Source: Kordiimonas sp. (GTDB lineage: Bacteria; Pseudomonadota; Alphaproteobacteria; Sphingomonadales; Kordiimonadaceae). Taken from it: 64,000 nucleotides of DNA. Each line of letters begins with the position of its first letter. Position 1 is the first letter of the stretch. The stretch spans positions 1,407,441 to 1,471,440 of the forward strand of contig OZ001196.2 of NCBI GenBank assembly GCA_963921265.3, read 5' to 3'. The notes below the pieces were generated by a model, which was not told where the DNA came from, ran no database searches, and saw nothing but the letters and a program-made list of their open reading frames with translations. The translations under genes and the position numbers were made by a program. Below, piece by piece: positions 41,977 to 50,988 of this stretch.

Positions 41977-42924
41977 ATGATGAAGCCAATCCTTTTTGTC
42001 CACATTCCCAAAACAGCAGGAACCAGCCTGAACGCCAGTGCTGAGGAACATTTTGGTTCCGCTGCAATTGAAAAGGACTACGGCGAGGGCGCACCACATA
42101 CATCTGACCTGGTGCGCAGATTCATATATGAAGGCCTTACGGCAGACCAGTTTGGTTTTACTGAAAACTTTCTCAATGCAAATAAGGCCTGGCTGACGGG
42201 TCACTTTGCAGCAGATCGCTACCTGCCCTTTGTTGGGTGCGAAAATGCTATTTCGTTTGTGCGTGACCCCGTTGAACGCATTATTTCAGAGTATCTTTAT
42301 CGCCGTCGGACACAGGGGTTAACCTGCTCGTTCGAGGAGTTTTTCCAACGACCGGACGAAACAAACAAACAGTATGCCTTTGTGGGCCGTTTTCCCTGGC
42401 GCGCTTTCCACTTTGTCGGAACACAGGAACGCTATGCAGAAGGGCTTGCCCATCTTCGCGAAACACTGGGTATTCCCATCAAGTTGCAAGAAAAGAACCG
42501 GCGCATAGATCAGGAGCATGAAACAATAAATCAGGCTGTGCGGGAAGCGGTTGCTGCACGGAACCTTCACGATCAGGCTTTATATGATCATGCCTGCGCC
42601 TATATGGAAAAACAGTTTGCCGCGCGCAAAGCCGGCCTTTCATTTTGCTATCACGACATTGGGTTTGAGTCTGAAAAGCACGCCATCGGTTGGGCATTCT
42701 ATGAAGCCAATAACACGCCGGTGACCATCGAATTGAGTGTCGACGGCAAGGTGGAGTCCACAATTGAGGCAATCGAGCACCGCCCCGAGCTTCAACTATT
42801 AAAGGCACCTCGAGAAGGGTGCGTAGGGTTCAGGTTTGTGCTGTCAGACTATATCGGTGCAAGTTCAATAGAAATTGTTGCCAAACAAACTGATCAAAAA
42901 CTATTGAGCTGGACGCGCAGCTAA
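41977..42924 (+). CDS. Sulfotransferase-family protein
   Basis: FVHIPKTAGTS (a 5'-PSB-like PAPS phosphate-binding loop) and FVRDPVERIISEY (3'-PB-like). It starts 9 nt after the ABC exporter stop. Confidence 0.7.
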   Translation: MMKPILFVHIPKTAGTSLNASAEEHFGSAAIEKDYGEGAPHTSDLVRRFIYEGLTADQFGFTENFLNANKAWLTGHFAADRYLPFVGCENAISFVRDPVERIISEYLYRRRTQGLTCSFEEFFQRPDETNKQYAFVGRFPWRAFHFVGTQERYAEGLAHLRETLGIPIKLQEKNRRIDQEHETINQAVREAVAARNLHDQALYDHACAYMEKQFAARKAGLSFCYHDIGFESEKHAIGWAFYEANNTPVTIELSVDGKVESTIEAIEHRPELQLLKAPREGCVGFRFVLSDYIGASSIEIVAKQTDQKLLSWTRS

Positions 42925-43964
42925 TCGCCATCAATAAGCGCCGGTACTATCCGTTGGGCGACTAACCGATTGGGAATGAACTGCGTGGGTTTACCGTAGT
43001 TTTTACCGGTAAAAGCCGCGACCAATTCCAGCTCGGGGACGATGAAAATAAAGTTGCCACCGTTGCCGTGTGCATAAATTAGGCTCACATCTTTGCCTTT
43101 AACGGTGCCACCGTCGCGCCACCACAAATATCCATATCGCTCTCGACGTTCATAAATGCGGGTTTGCTCTTTGATCGCTTTATTCAACCAGTTTGGGTCA
43201 ATGAGCTCGTTGCCTTGCCATTTCCCCCCTGCATTAACCAGCAGACCAATGGTGTGTAAGTCAGCCAAATTAAGCCGAAGATGGCCACCAGTATCAGTAT
43301 GCCCAGACGGCGTGGTTTCCCAGCGTGCGCGATCAATACCAAGCGGTTTAAACAGTCGTTCGTTAGCAAAGTCCGGCACGGGTTTACCAGAAAGTTTTTC
43401 GATCACGCGCCCCAGCAACACTACACCGCCAGTACAATAGCTGAAGTGCTTTCCTCTCTCATAAGCCATTGGTTTGTTTAGCAAGAATTCAGCCCAATCC
43501 TGCGTGCGGTACATTTTGTCTTCATGGCCAACAGAAGCAGGAGCCCAATCGTTGCAGGCAAGACCAGTGCGCATGGTCAGGGCATCCTCAACGGTTATGT
43601 CTCGTCGAGGATCATTTTTGTCCATATGGGAAAATTCGTCAGGCAGAAGCGCAGAAAGCTTTTTCTTAACTGACTTCAAAGAACCGTCTTCAATGAGCTC
43701 GCCAACAAGCAGCGATGTGATGCTTTTGGTTGCTGAACGGATATCATGGCGTTTGTTTGGGCCATTTCTCCGTGCATACGCTTCAAACATCACTTCGCCA
43801 CCGATGCTCACCATGCCGCCTGTGATGCCCTTAAATTCCCCAGACCGTAGCCCGTCGGCAATTCCCGACATTACCTGTTTGGCCTCTTCCGTGACTTGCG
43901 CACCGGCAGGCAGGAAACTTAGGCTCAAACTCAGCAAAGATATGGTCAATAAACGCATCGGCAC
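42921..43964 (-). CDS. Secreted serine hydrolase (beta-lactamase / DD-peptidase-like family)
   Basis: Signal peptide MPMRLLTISLLSLSLSFLPAGAQ and an SxxK motif (RSATKSITS). Length and pattern fit class C beta-lactamase-related hydrolases. Confidence 0.8.
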   Translation of the reverse strand: MPMRLLTISLLSLSLSFLPAGAQVTEEAKQVMSGIADGLRSGEFKGITGGMVSIGGEVMFEAYARRNGPNKRHDIRSATKSITSLLVGELIEDGSLKSVKKKLSALLPDEFSHMDKNDPRRDITVEDALTMRTGLACNDWAPASVGHEDKMYRTQDWAEFLLNKPMAYERGKHFSYCTGGVVLLGRVIEKLSGKPVPDFANERLFKPLGIDRARWETTPSGHTDTGGHLRLNLADLHTIGLLVNAGGKWQGNELIDPNWLNKAIKEQTRIYERRERYGYLWWRDGGTVKGKDVSLIYAHGNGGNFIFIVPELELVAAFTGKNYGKPTQFIPNRLVAQRIVPALIDGD

Positions 43965-43965
43965 C

Positions 43966-45489
43966 TCAATCCGGTTGTGTCAAAATCGCTAGGTATCCCC
44001 TGATGCCATCAACATAATTACCCAGTCGCAGATTCTCGTTCGGGCTGTGCTGGTTGTTGTCAATGTACACTGCAGGCACAAGCAGAGCAGGCAGGCCCAG
44101 GCTTTTGACAAAAGGTGAGATGGGAATAGACCCCCCACCTGTCCGAATTTTAATCGGCTCTTCACCAAACGCACGCACCATAGCTCGCTCTGCCCATTCC
44201 CCTGCCGGTGAATTCAAAGGTGTTCTGAACGCACCGTAGGAAACCTCATAGTCAAAGGAAATAAGGCGATCATATGACTGTCGCTCATCTTCCGTTGGTT
44301 CCGATCCCGCAATTACATGGTAGCCCTGATCTTCGACATATCGTCGCACTAATCCCACCAGTCGCTCAGGATCGCTTTCGAGCACCAAACGGATATCAAG
44401 CTCAGCAGTCGCAGATGCTGGGATCGCGGTCCGAGTCTGAGTACCGACCCACCCACTTTCCAATCCAAGAACACTCATGCTCGGGTACTGGATCGATTCC
44501 TGATAAGTTGGCGCTACTGCATCGGGCGTTTTGAACCCGATAAACCGGCGGATGGCAGGCTCATCATCAGGCACACTGTTGATGACACTTTTCACTTCGT
44601 CGGTGAGTTTGATACCGTCATAAAATCCCGGGATGGTAACTCGCCCGTCAGCATCTTCCATACCCCCAACGAGCTGTGCCAGGCGAATTGCTGGATTAGG
44701 TGCATAATTGCCATAGGTGCCGCTATGCTGCGGCCGGCGCGGCCCAAATACTGTGAGTGAGATGGTCGCAATACCGCGCGCACCAAAAATAAGGGTTGGC
44801 CTGTTACTGGTATGGCGCGGCCCATCATAAATAAGCAACATATCTGCTTCGAGACGCTCTTTATGCCTCTCCACCGCAGCTGGTAGGTGCGGCGAACCAA
44901 GCTCTTCTTCAAAGTCCATAATGACTTTCAGGTTGTGGGTTTGGGTAAGGCCCTCCCGTTCAAGAATATCGAGCGCCGTCAAAAACATCGCGATAGGACC
45001 TTTAGCGTCAGACGCTGCCCGCGCGAAAACACGCCACTCAGGATCAACATTGCCTTCGAGATTGGTCCAGTCGATTTGAGCCCAAGCGTCACCGCGCCAT
45101 TCTTTCAGCACAGGCTTGTAGGGATCTTCCTGGTCCCATTTCGTCGGGTCCACTGGTTGCCCATCCACCTGAAGGTAAATCAGAACCGTTTTGCTCGCAC
45201 CCTCAACCGATCTTTCTGCGAGTAGAAGTGGCGGGCCACCGGTTTCCAACACCGTGGTTTCGAACGCTCGGCTAGCAAACGCATTTGTCATCCAGCTAAC
45301 ATTGGCTTCGATATGCTCTGGAAAATGGGCATCACTTGGCACTGAAAGTATGTCCCTCAAGATAGGGAAGGAACTGCTCAAGTGCTTTTCTGTTAATGCT
45401 TCGATGGCCTCGCCAGTTGGTGGCTGTTGCGCAACAACAGGTGCTGCCAACGAGCCCATGAGACCAAGACTTAGAATGATTTTTTTCAC
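43966..45489 (-). CDS. Secreted M20-family metallopeptidase (dipeptidase-like)
   Basis: GTG 45489 follows GGGGGAG. Signal peptide VKKIILSLGLMGSLAAPVVAQ. M20 motifs SDAKGP and DFEEELGS. The usual GHxD position reads YLQVDGQP. Confidence 0.8.
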   Translation of the reverse strand: MKKIILSLGLMGSLAAPVVAQQPPTGEAIEALTEKHLSSSFPILRDILSVPSDAHFPEHIEANVSWMTNAFASRAFETTVLETGGPPLLLAERSVEGASKTVLIYLQVDGQPVDPTKWDQEDPYKPVLKEWRGDAWAQIDWTNLEGNVDPEWRVFARAASDAKGPIAMFLTALDILEREGLTQTHNLKVIMDFEEELGSPHLPAAVERHKERLEADMLLIYDGPRHTSNRPTLIFGARGIATISLTVFGPRRPQHSGTYGNYAPNPAIRLAQLVGGMEDADGRVTIPGFYDGIKLTDEVKSVINSVPDDEPAIRRFIGFKTPDAVAPTYQESIQYPSMSVLGLESGWVGTQTRTAIPASATAELDIRLVLESDPERLVGLVRRYVEDQGYHVIAGSEPTEDERQSYDRLISFDYEVSYGAFRTPLNSPAGEWAERAMVRAFGEEPIKIRTGGGSIPISPFVKSLGLPALLVPAVYIDNNQHSPNENLRLGNYVDGIRGYLAILTQPD

Positions 45490-45593
45490 GATGCTCCCCC
45501 TTGATTGTCTACGGTTTTCCAGTTGTACGTTCATCAGGCAAAAGCGTCGATGAACGACATTGTAAACCGTTCTTCAATCGTGTTGAGCTGCTG

Positions 45594-46688
45594 TTATCGC
45601 TGTGTCAACCGCATTTCGATACGCCGGTTTCGGCTGTAGGCGAAAATATTATCCGCTGGATCAATTGGCTGGAATTCACCAAACCCGGCAGCTGCAAGAC
45701 GCTCCGGCGGAACGCCAGCTGAAATAAGGAAACGCACAACACTAATCGCCCGGGCGCTAGAGAGTTCCCAGTTACTGGCAAAGGTCGCTGTTGAAATGGG
45801 TCGCTTATCGGTATGGCCATCCACACGCAGTATCCATGGCAGTTCGCCCGGGATTTCTTGCGATATGGTGATTAGAGTTTCCGCGAATTTTCTAAGTTCG
45901 GCCCTGCCTTCAGGCCCAAGGTCCGATTGACCGCTTGCAAACAATAGTTCGCTTGCAAACACAAAACGGTCACCTTCAATGCGGATTTCGGGGCGGTTTG
46001 AAAGAACTTCTTTGAGCCTGCCGAAAAACTCCGACCGATAACCTGCCAGCTCTTCAACTTTGCTGGCTAGTGCGCGGTTTAGACGCCGCCCCATGTCAAC
46101 AATAACGGCTTGATTACGGCGGTCGCGTTCTTCACTGGCTTGTAGTGCAGCTTCTAGTCGGGAGAGTTGTTCCCTGAGAGCTGTTACGTTGCGCTCAAGC
46201 ACATTCACCTGCTCGCGTGCGCGCCGCGACAGTATCTGCTCTTCAGACAGCGCTTCAGAAGACGCTGCATATTGCGTTTCCAGCTCCGCCGCCCGCGCCT
46301 CAAGCGCGTCACGCGCTACTGTGATCTCGGCGAGGCTTGCCTCAGACGTCGTTAACTGCTGCCGCGCTGCGTCAAGGTCAGCTCCCAGCTGATCACGGTC
46401 GGCATTTGCTGCCGTGAGTGAGGCAGCGAGCTCCGTCATATTAGCCCGCAAGCTTTGGTTCGCCTGCTGCTCGAGCCGCAACAGGTTTCCTAGCTGTGCC
46501 ACCTGTCCCCGAAGTTCCGCCAGCGCTTGCTCGCGCCCGGACAAAGCTTGCCCGAGGAAAAACTGCGCAAGCACAAACATGGAAAGCAGAAAAATGATAA
46601 CCAACAGCAATGTCGAGAGCGCATCGACGAAGCCCGGCCAACTATTGTCCGGCGCGCCGCCGCCCATGCGTCTGCGTGCAGCGATCAT
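45594..46688 (-). CDS. MotB/OmpA-like peptidoglycan-binding stator-type subunit with ~165-aa periplasmic coiled coil
   Basis: N-terminal TM with Asp (WPGFVDALSTLLLVIIFLL), a long heptad-like region, then a C-terminal OmpA-like domain (GHTDKRPI, SNWELSSARA, NRRIEMRL). ATGA overlap with the upstream gene. Confidence 0.75.
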   Translation of the reverse strand: MIAARRRMGGGAPDNSWPGFVDALSTLLLVIIFLLSMFVLAQFFLGQALSGREQALAELRGQVAQLGNLLRLEQQANQSLRANMTELAASLTAANADRDQLGADLDAARQQLTTSEASLAEITVARDALEARAAELETQYAASSEALSEEQILSRRAREQVNVLERNVTALREQLSRLEAALQASEERDRRNQAVIVDMGRRLNRALASKVEELAGYRSEFFGRLKEVLSNRPEIRIEGDRFVFASELLFASGQSDLGPEGRAELRKFAETLITISQEIPGELPWILRVDGHTDKRPISTATFASNWELSSARAISVVRFLISAGVPPERLAAAGFGEFQPIDPADNIFAYSRNRRIEMRLTQR

Positions 46689-47887
46689 TACTGCGAGCCT
46701 CCGCCAGAGCCGCCAGAGCCGTCATTGCTTCGGTTAGCATCCAGCCCTGCAGAAATGGTACGTGCCAAAAGCTTAAGTTCACTACGCAGGTCTTCAGAGA
46801 GCGTTTCGCTGGCTTTCGCTTGTTCGTCGATCAAACGTTTTATGCCAACGTCCAGGTTGCGGATATGCCCCTTGGTTGTCTCATCCATCGCAGGCGCGGG
46901 GGCCGGTGTTTCGACTGCAGCCGCCTTTGCATGCGCTTCCGCCAACTGGGAAATGGACGCCGCCAAAGCCTTCTCACTGGCTTCATTCTTGGCCTGGTGC
47001 GCCGTTTGTACATCAAGCTTGTCAGCAAGTGATGTCAATGATTCTGCAATGGCCGTCATCGTATGCTGCGACTGCATACGAGCATCATCCGATTGCTTGA
47101 GCGTGCGTTGCAGCCGGTCAATGCCATCTGCAGTTTGTTCCATCAAGGCAGTCATATAGGAACTTGGACTGGCAACGCCCTCTGATACTTCACCGCGCGA
47201 CAGATGGGTCACTGATGCAAGCCAGTCTTCCACATCGTTATAGAAGCGGGTTTGAGATTGACTCGCCTGCAAATCCATAAAGCCCATTATCAAGCTGCCG
47301 GCCAGACCAAACAGCGAACTTGAGAACGCGGTGCCCATGCCGGAAAGAGGTGACTCGAGGCCCGCCTTGAGTTCGTCGAACATCAGCGCCATATCGCTGC
47401 CGTCGACCGACAAGCCATTGATCGTGCCACCAATGGCTCCAATGGTGCCAAGAAGGCCCCAGAAAGTGCCTAATAGACCGAGAAAAATGAGAAGCTGGGT
47501 AAAATACCGGCTGATTTCTCGGCTCTCCTCAAGCCGCGAAGCAATGCCATCAAGCACCGAGCGCATGGATAGTGTCGAAAGCCGCATGCTGCCTTCTTCC
47601 TGAGCAGACAGCAGAGCTGCAGCGGGCGCCATCAGGCGCGGGGTCACGGAAATGGCAGCGCTCTCGTGGCGTTTGAAAGCCTTAATCCATTCAATCTCTG
47701 GTTTGAGATCAATGACCCGGCGAAACGCGAATATGACGCCGATCAATAGTGTTACAGCGATTACGCCGTTTAAAACCACGTTCGCCATAAAGGCTGTCAA
47801 CAGTGGGCCGCGCAGCAATGCACCCAAAACTATTACTGCCGTTAAAAACAACAGCATGCGGTTCATGAACTTCTGCGGTTTCTGCAT
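46688..47887 (-). CDS. MotA/TolQ/ExbB-family proton-channel-like protein with ~185-aa helical C-terminal tail
   Basis: Four predicted TMs. The channel-type signatures are LLIFLGLLGTFWGLLGTIG and GMGTAFSSSLFGLAGSLIMGF. The tail is Ala/Gln/Glu-rich and ends in GSGGSGGGSQ. An alternative start is ATG 47866. Confidence 0.7.
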   Translation of the reverse strand: MQKPQKFMNRMLLFLTAVIVLGALLRGPLLTAFMANVVLNGVIAVTLLIGVIFAFRRVIDLKPEIEWIKAFKRHESAAISVTPRLMAPAAALLSAQEEGSMRLSTLSMRSVLDGIASRLEESREISRYFTQLLIFLGLLGTFWGLLGTIGAIGGTINGLSVDGSDMALMFDELKAGLESPLSGMGTAFSSSLFGLAGSLIMGFMDLQASQSQTRFYNDVEDWLASVTHLSRGEVSEGVASPSSYMTALMEQTADGIDRLQRTLKQSDDARMQSQHTMTAIAESLTSLADKLDVQTAHQAKNEASEKALAASISQLAEAHAKAAAVETPAPAPAMDETTKGHIRNLDVGIKRLIDEQAKASETLSEDLRSELKLLARTISAGLDANRSNDGSGGSGGGSQ

Positions 47888-48001
47888 CGCTTTCGGCCTT
47901 CCCCCAAGGTTGGCAGATCGTCGGTAAGAGCCGACAATCTCACTAGGCCTAGTTTAAGGGCGAAATTATGACACGCAACCAGAAGGTTAGAGGATTTTGG
48001 G

Positions 48002-48814
48002 CTAAGAGGCCTGCATGTTGCGGTGAACGCGCTTCAGCATCCGCTCGAGCGGTGCATGCAATCGGTCATTTGCAGCAATGATACTACCTGCTTCAAGCAC
48101 GTCCTGTCGGCCATTGAAATCGGTGACGTATCCGCCTGCTTCGCGCACAATGAGCGCGCCGGCGGCGACATCCCAAGCATTCAAGCCAGCTTCCCAAAAG
48201 CCGTCATAGCGGCCCGCAGCAACATAAGCGAGGTCAAGCGACGCCGCACCAAACCGGCGAATACCGGCAACTTGCGGTGCAATTTCAGTCATCTCAGCGA
48301 TGAAAGCTTCGTGCCCGTCGCGGCCCTTGAAGGGGATGTCTGTCGCCAGCAACGCTTCTTCAATTTTGGTGCGGCCGGAGACACGCAACCGGGTGTCGTT
48401 CAAAAACGCTCCCTGGCCTTTTTCTGCCCAATAAAGCTCATCCGTTAGCGGCGCATAAACAACACCCGCGGTTATTTCCTTACGCTCTTCAACTGCGATG
48501 CTGATGGCAAAATGCGGGATTCCATGCAGAAAATTTGTTGTGCCGTCGAGGGGGTCAATAATGAAGCGAACGTCATCGCGTTCGCCTGATATCGCACCAT
48601 TTTCTTCCATAAGAAAACCAAAGTCCGGGCGAGCGAATTTAAGCTCTTCAAACAGGATTTTCTCGGCGCGCTTGTCCGCAATCGATACAAAATCGGCAGG
48701 GCCTTTGCGGGAGACCTGCAACTGCTCAACTTCGCCGAAGTCACGACGCAGGCCACGGCTTGCCTTCATGGCAGCACTAACCATCACATTGATGAGGGGG
48801 GAACGACGGGCCAT
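48002..48814 (-). CDS. suhB: Inositol monophosphatase family protein
   Basis: FLMEE, IIDPLDGTTNF and WDVAAG motifs. 270 aa. Confidence 0.88.
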   Translation of the reverse strand: MARRSPLINVMVSAAMKASRGLRRDFGEVEQLQVSRKGPADFVSIADKRAEKILFEELKFARPDFGFLMEENGAISGERDDVRFIIDPLDGTTNFLHGIPHFAISIAVEERKEITAGVVYAPLTDELYWAEKGQGAFLNDTRLRVSGRTKIEEALLATDIPFKGRDGHEAFIAEMTEIAPQVAGIRRFGAASLDLAYVAAGRYDGFWEAGLNAWDVAAGALIVREAGGYVTDFNGRQDVLEAGSIIAANDRLHAPLERMLKRVHRNMQAS

Positions 48815-48855
48815 GGGCCTCTCCTAAATGCTAACTCGAAACTCGGATTTTTGGC

Positions 48856-49422
48856 TTAGCCTTCGGCGCGGCCAGCATACTCGCGCTCGGCCGTAGAAAC
48901 GATGATCTTGTCGCCCTGGTTCACAAAGGGTGGCACGCCAACACGCAGCCCGTTTTCAAGGGTTGCTGGCTTATAGCTTGAAGAAGCGGTTTGTCCCTTA
49001 ACAACTGGCTCAGTCTCCGTGACTTCCAGCGTTACTTTTTCAGGCAGGCTGACACCAAGCGGGCTTTCTTCATGAAACTCGATGCGGACCATCATGCCGT
49101 CTTGAAGAAAGACGGTATCGTCACCGATGTCCTCAGCAGCAATAGAAATTTGCTCGTACGTCTGCTGATCCATGAAGTGCGCCATATCATCATCCATATA
49201 GAGATATTGATAATCTTTTTGCTCGAGGCGCGCGCGCTCCACTTTTTCTGACGAGCGGAAGCGTTCATTGAGCTTGGAGCCATCACGCAGGTTTTTAAGC
49301 TCCACCTGCAGATATGCACCGCGCTTGCCTGGTTGGGTATGGGCAATCTTCACAGCGCGCCATAGGCCGCCTTTATGCTCAATTACGTTGCCCGGACGGA
49401 TAGCATTGCCGTCAATTTTCAT
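48856..49422 (-). CDS. efp: Translation elongation factor P
   Basis: ATG 49422: [37 protein letters not shown]. 188 aa. Confidence 0.95.
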   Translation of the reverse strand: MKIDGNAIRPGNVIEHKGGLWRAVKIAHTQPGKRGAYLQVELKNLRDGSKLNERFRSSEKVERARLEQKDYQYLYMDDDMAHFMDQQTYEQISIAAEDIGDDTVFLQDGMMVRIEFHEESPLGVSLPEKVTLEVTETEPVVKGQTASSSYKPATLENGLRVGVPPFVNQGDKIIVSTAEREYAGRAEG

Positions 49423-49686
49423 GGGACACCTCTTGGGATCTAAATCAGTCAAAGAACAATTTGGGCGCGATGTATCAGATTTAAGGAGCCTATGCAACGG
49501 CGTTGGCTAGCCAGCAGGCATGACATGGTTGCATAACCGGAGTTTTTACGTTGTTTCATTTTTTCGAACGCAGACATCGAAAATGAACAATTTTCACACG
49601 AATTTGCAAACGCTATCTACAAGCCACGCAACAACGCAAGGCCGTGTAGGCCCTGATAAAGCCTTTTTTTGGCATGGAGATAGAAA

Positions 49687-50139
49687 ATGACTGATCAATC
49701 CCTGATTTCCCGGATCGAAGACCTGGCAAAAGGCTCTGACATCACAGAAACACTTGTGCGTGTAGCTGCTGGCGCTTTCCTGGTGCCACACGGTGCACAA
49801 AAACTATTTGGCTGGTTTGGTGGCTACGGCCTTGATGCAACGGGCCAGTTTTTCGCCAACCAACTCGGTTTCGCAAACGGCTATCTGGCAGCACTCGGTG
49901 CTGGTTCTGTTGAATTTTTCGGCGGCATTGCTTTGGCACTTGGCCTTTTCACCCGAGCTTCCGCACTCGCCATAACCGTTCTGTTACTGGTGGCATCCAA
50001 TGTTCATTTCGCGGCTGGTTTCTTCTGGACTGATGGTGGCTGGGAATATCCCATTCTTTGGGCAATAGTGGTCCTTGCCTTTGTTACGAAAGGTGGCGGC
50101 AAATACAGCCTCGACAGTGTTTTTGGAACTCGTTTCTAA
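49687..50139 (+). CDS. DoxX-family membrane protein
   Basis: 150 aa. R...G..LVPHGAQKLFGWFGGYGL and four hydrophobic segments. Confidence 0.8.
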   Translation: MTDQSLISRIEDLAKGSDITETLVRVAAGAFLVPHGAQKLFGWFGGYGLDATGQFFANQLGFANGYLAALGAGSVEFFGGIALALGLFTRASALAITVLLLVASNVHFAAGFFWTDGGWEYPILWAIVVLAFVTKGGGKYSLDSVFGTRF

Positions 50140-50293
50140 TCATTGCCGAACGAGCAAAATTCCACGCCTCACGGCCACTACGCCGCGGGGCGACATATAT
50201 ATTTCGTTTACACGATCTTGTGACTGCCAAGTGAACTACTTGCGTGCCATAGTCCCGCGCGAGTTTAAGACTAAGGTTTAGAGGCCCAAGAAC

Positions 50294-50878
50294 ATGTTCC
50301 TGAGAATTATATCTGTTACTGCGGCATTAATTGCTGCCACTTTTTCTGCGAATGCCGAAGATGCTGCAACCATGAATGTTGGCCCTGAAATCGGGGCCAC
50401 TATTTCCCTTGATTTTGCAGGCCCGGACCAAACCGGCAGTGCTCAAAACTTTGATAGTTTTGTTGGCGAAAATGGTGCGGTTGTCGTGTTTTATCGGTCA
50501 GCAAAATGGTGCCCTTTCTGCCAGATGCAACTGATTGACCTCAATACAAACGCATTTGAAGCTGTAAAAGACCGCGGCTTCGGCATTGCTGCCATTAGCT
50601 ACGATAAAGTGCGCGACCTTGAGCGCTTCCACAAAAAGTGGCGGGTCAACTTTCCGCTGATTTCTGACGAAGGCTCGGTCATGATTGATCAACTTGGCCT
50701 ACGTAACGAAGACTACAAAGAAGGTCACTATGCGCACGGCGTTCCCCACCCGGTTATTCTCGTGCTGGATCGCAACAAGACCGTAACTGCGAAACTGATG
50801 CGGGAAGGATACCGCGATCGTCCGGAACCTGAAGTGTTGATCGAGACATTGGACCAACTCACTTCGACTGGTCGTTAG
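50294..50878 (+). CDS. Secreted thioredoxin-fold redoxin / peroxiredoxin-like protein
   Basis: Signal peptide MFLRIISVTAALIAATFSANA and an AhpC/TSA-like WCPFCQMQL motif. Confidence 0.75.
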   Translation: MFLRIISVTAALIAATFSANAEDAATMNVGPEIGATISLDFAGPDQTGSAQNFDSFVGENGAVVVFYRSAKWCPFCQMQLIDLNTNAFEAVKDRGFGIAAISYDKVRDLERFHKKWRVNFPLISDEGSVMIDQLGLRNEDYKEGHYAHGVPHPVILVLDRNKTVTAKLMREGYRDRPEPEVLIETLDQLTSTGR

Positions 50879-50954
50879 CCGTCGAATTCAACTTTCTGTG
50901 TTGATGGCAAACTGGGCAATCAAGCTGCTTGTTTTTGCCGGATTGAGAGCATAG

Positions 50955-50986
50955 CATTCCTCTTAACCACTGTGTTATGAGGAATG
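50955..50986 (+). promoter_or_regulatory. Hairpin sequestering the Shine-Dalgarno of the molybdoenzyme gene
   Basis: CATTCCTC (50955-50962) pairs perfectly with GAGGAATG (50979-50986) across a 16-nt loop. GAGGAA is the only SD for ATG 50989. Confidence 0.4.
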
Positions 50987-50988
50987 CC

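Noticed and set aside
46702-46719. A tandem 9-bp repeat CGCCAGAGC x2 was considered as a variable-number repeat.
   Set aside because: There are only two copies, in frame, encoding the GSGGSGG tail of the MotA-like protein. There is no evidence of a repeat array.
46527-47159. Plus-strand ORFs of 210 aa and 140 aa lie inside the stator-like genes.
   Set aside because: They are antisense to genes with clear MotA/MotB-type motifs. The products are Ser/Ala/Cys/Arg-rich low complexity, typical of GC-rich reverse frames.
45594-47887. I considered calling the MotA/MotB-like pair a Zorya (ZorAB) defence system.
   Set aside because: No ZorC/ZorD-like, nuclease or helicase partner is adjacent. Subunit A (399 aa) is much shorter than typical ZorA, and the flanks are housekeeping genes rather than a defence island. 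The pair is kept as an unclassified stator-like pair instead.
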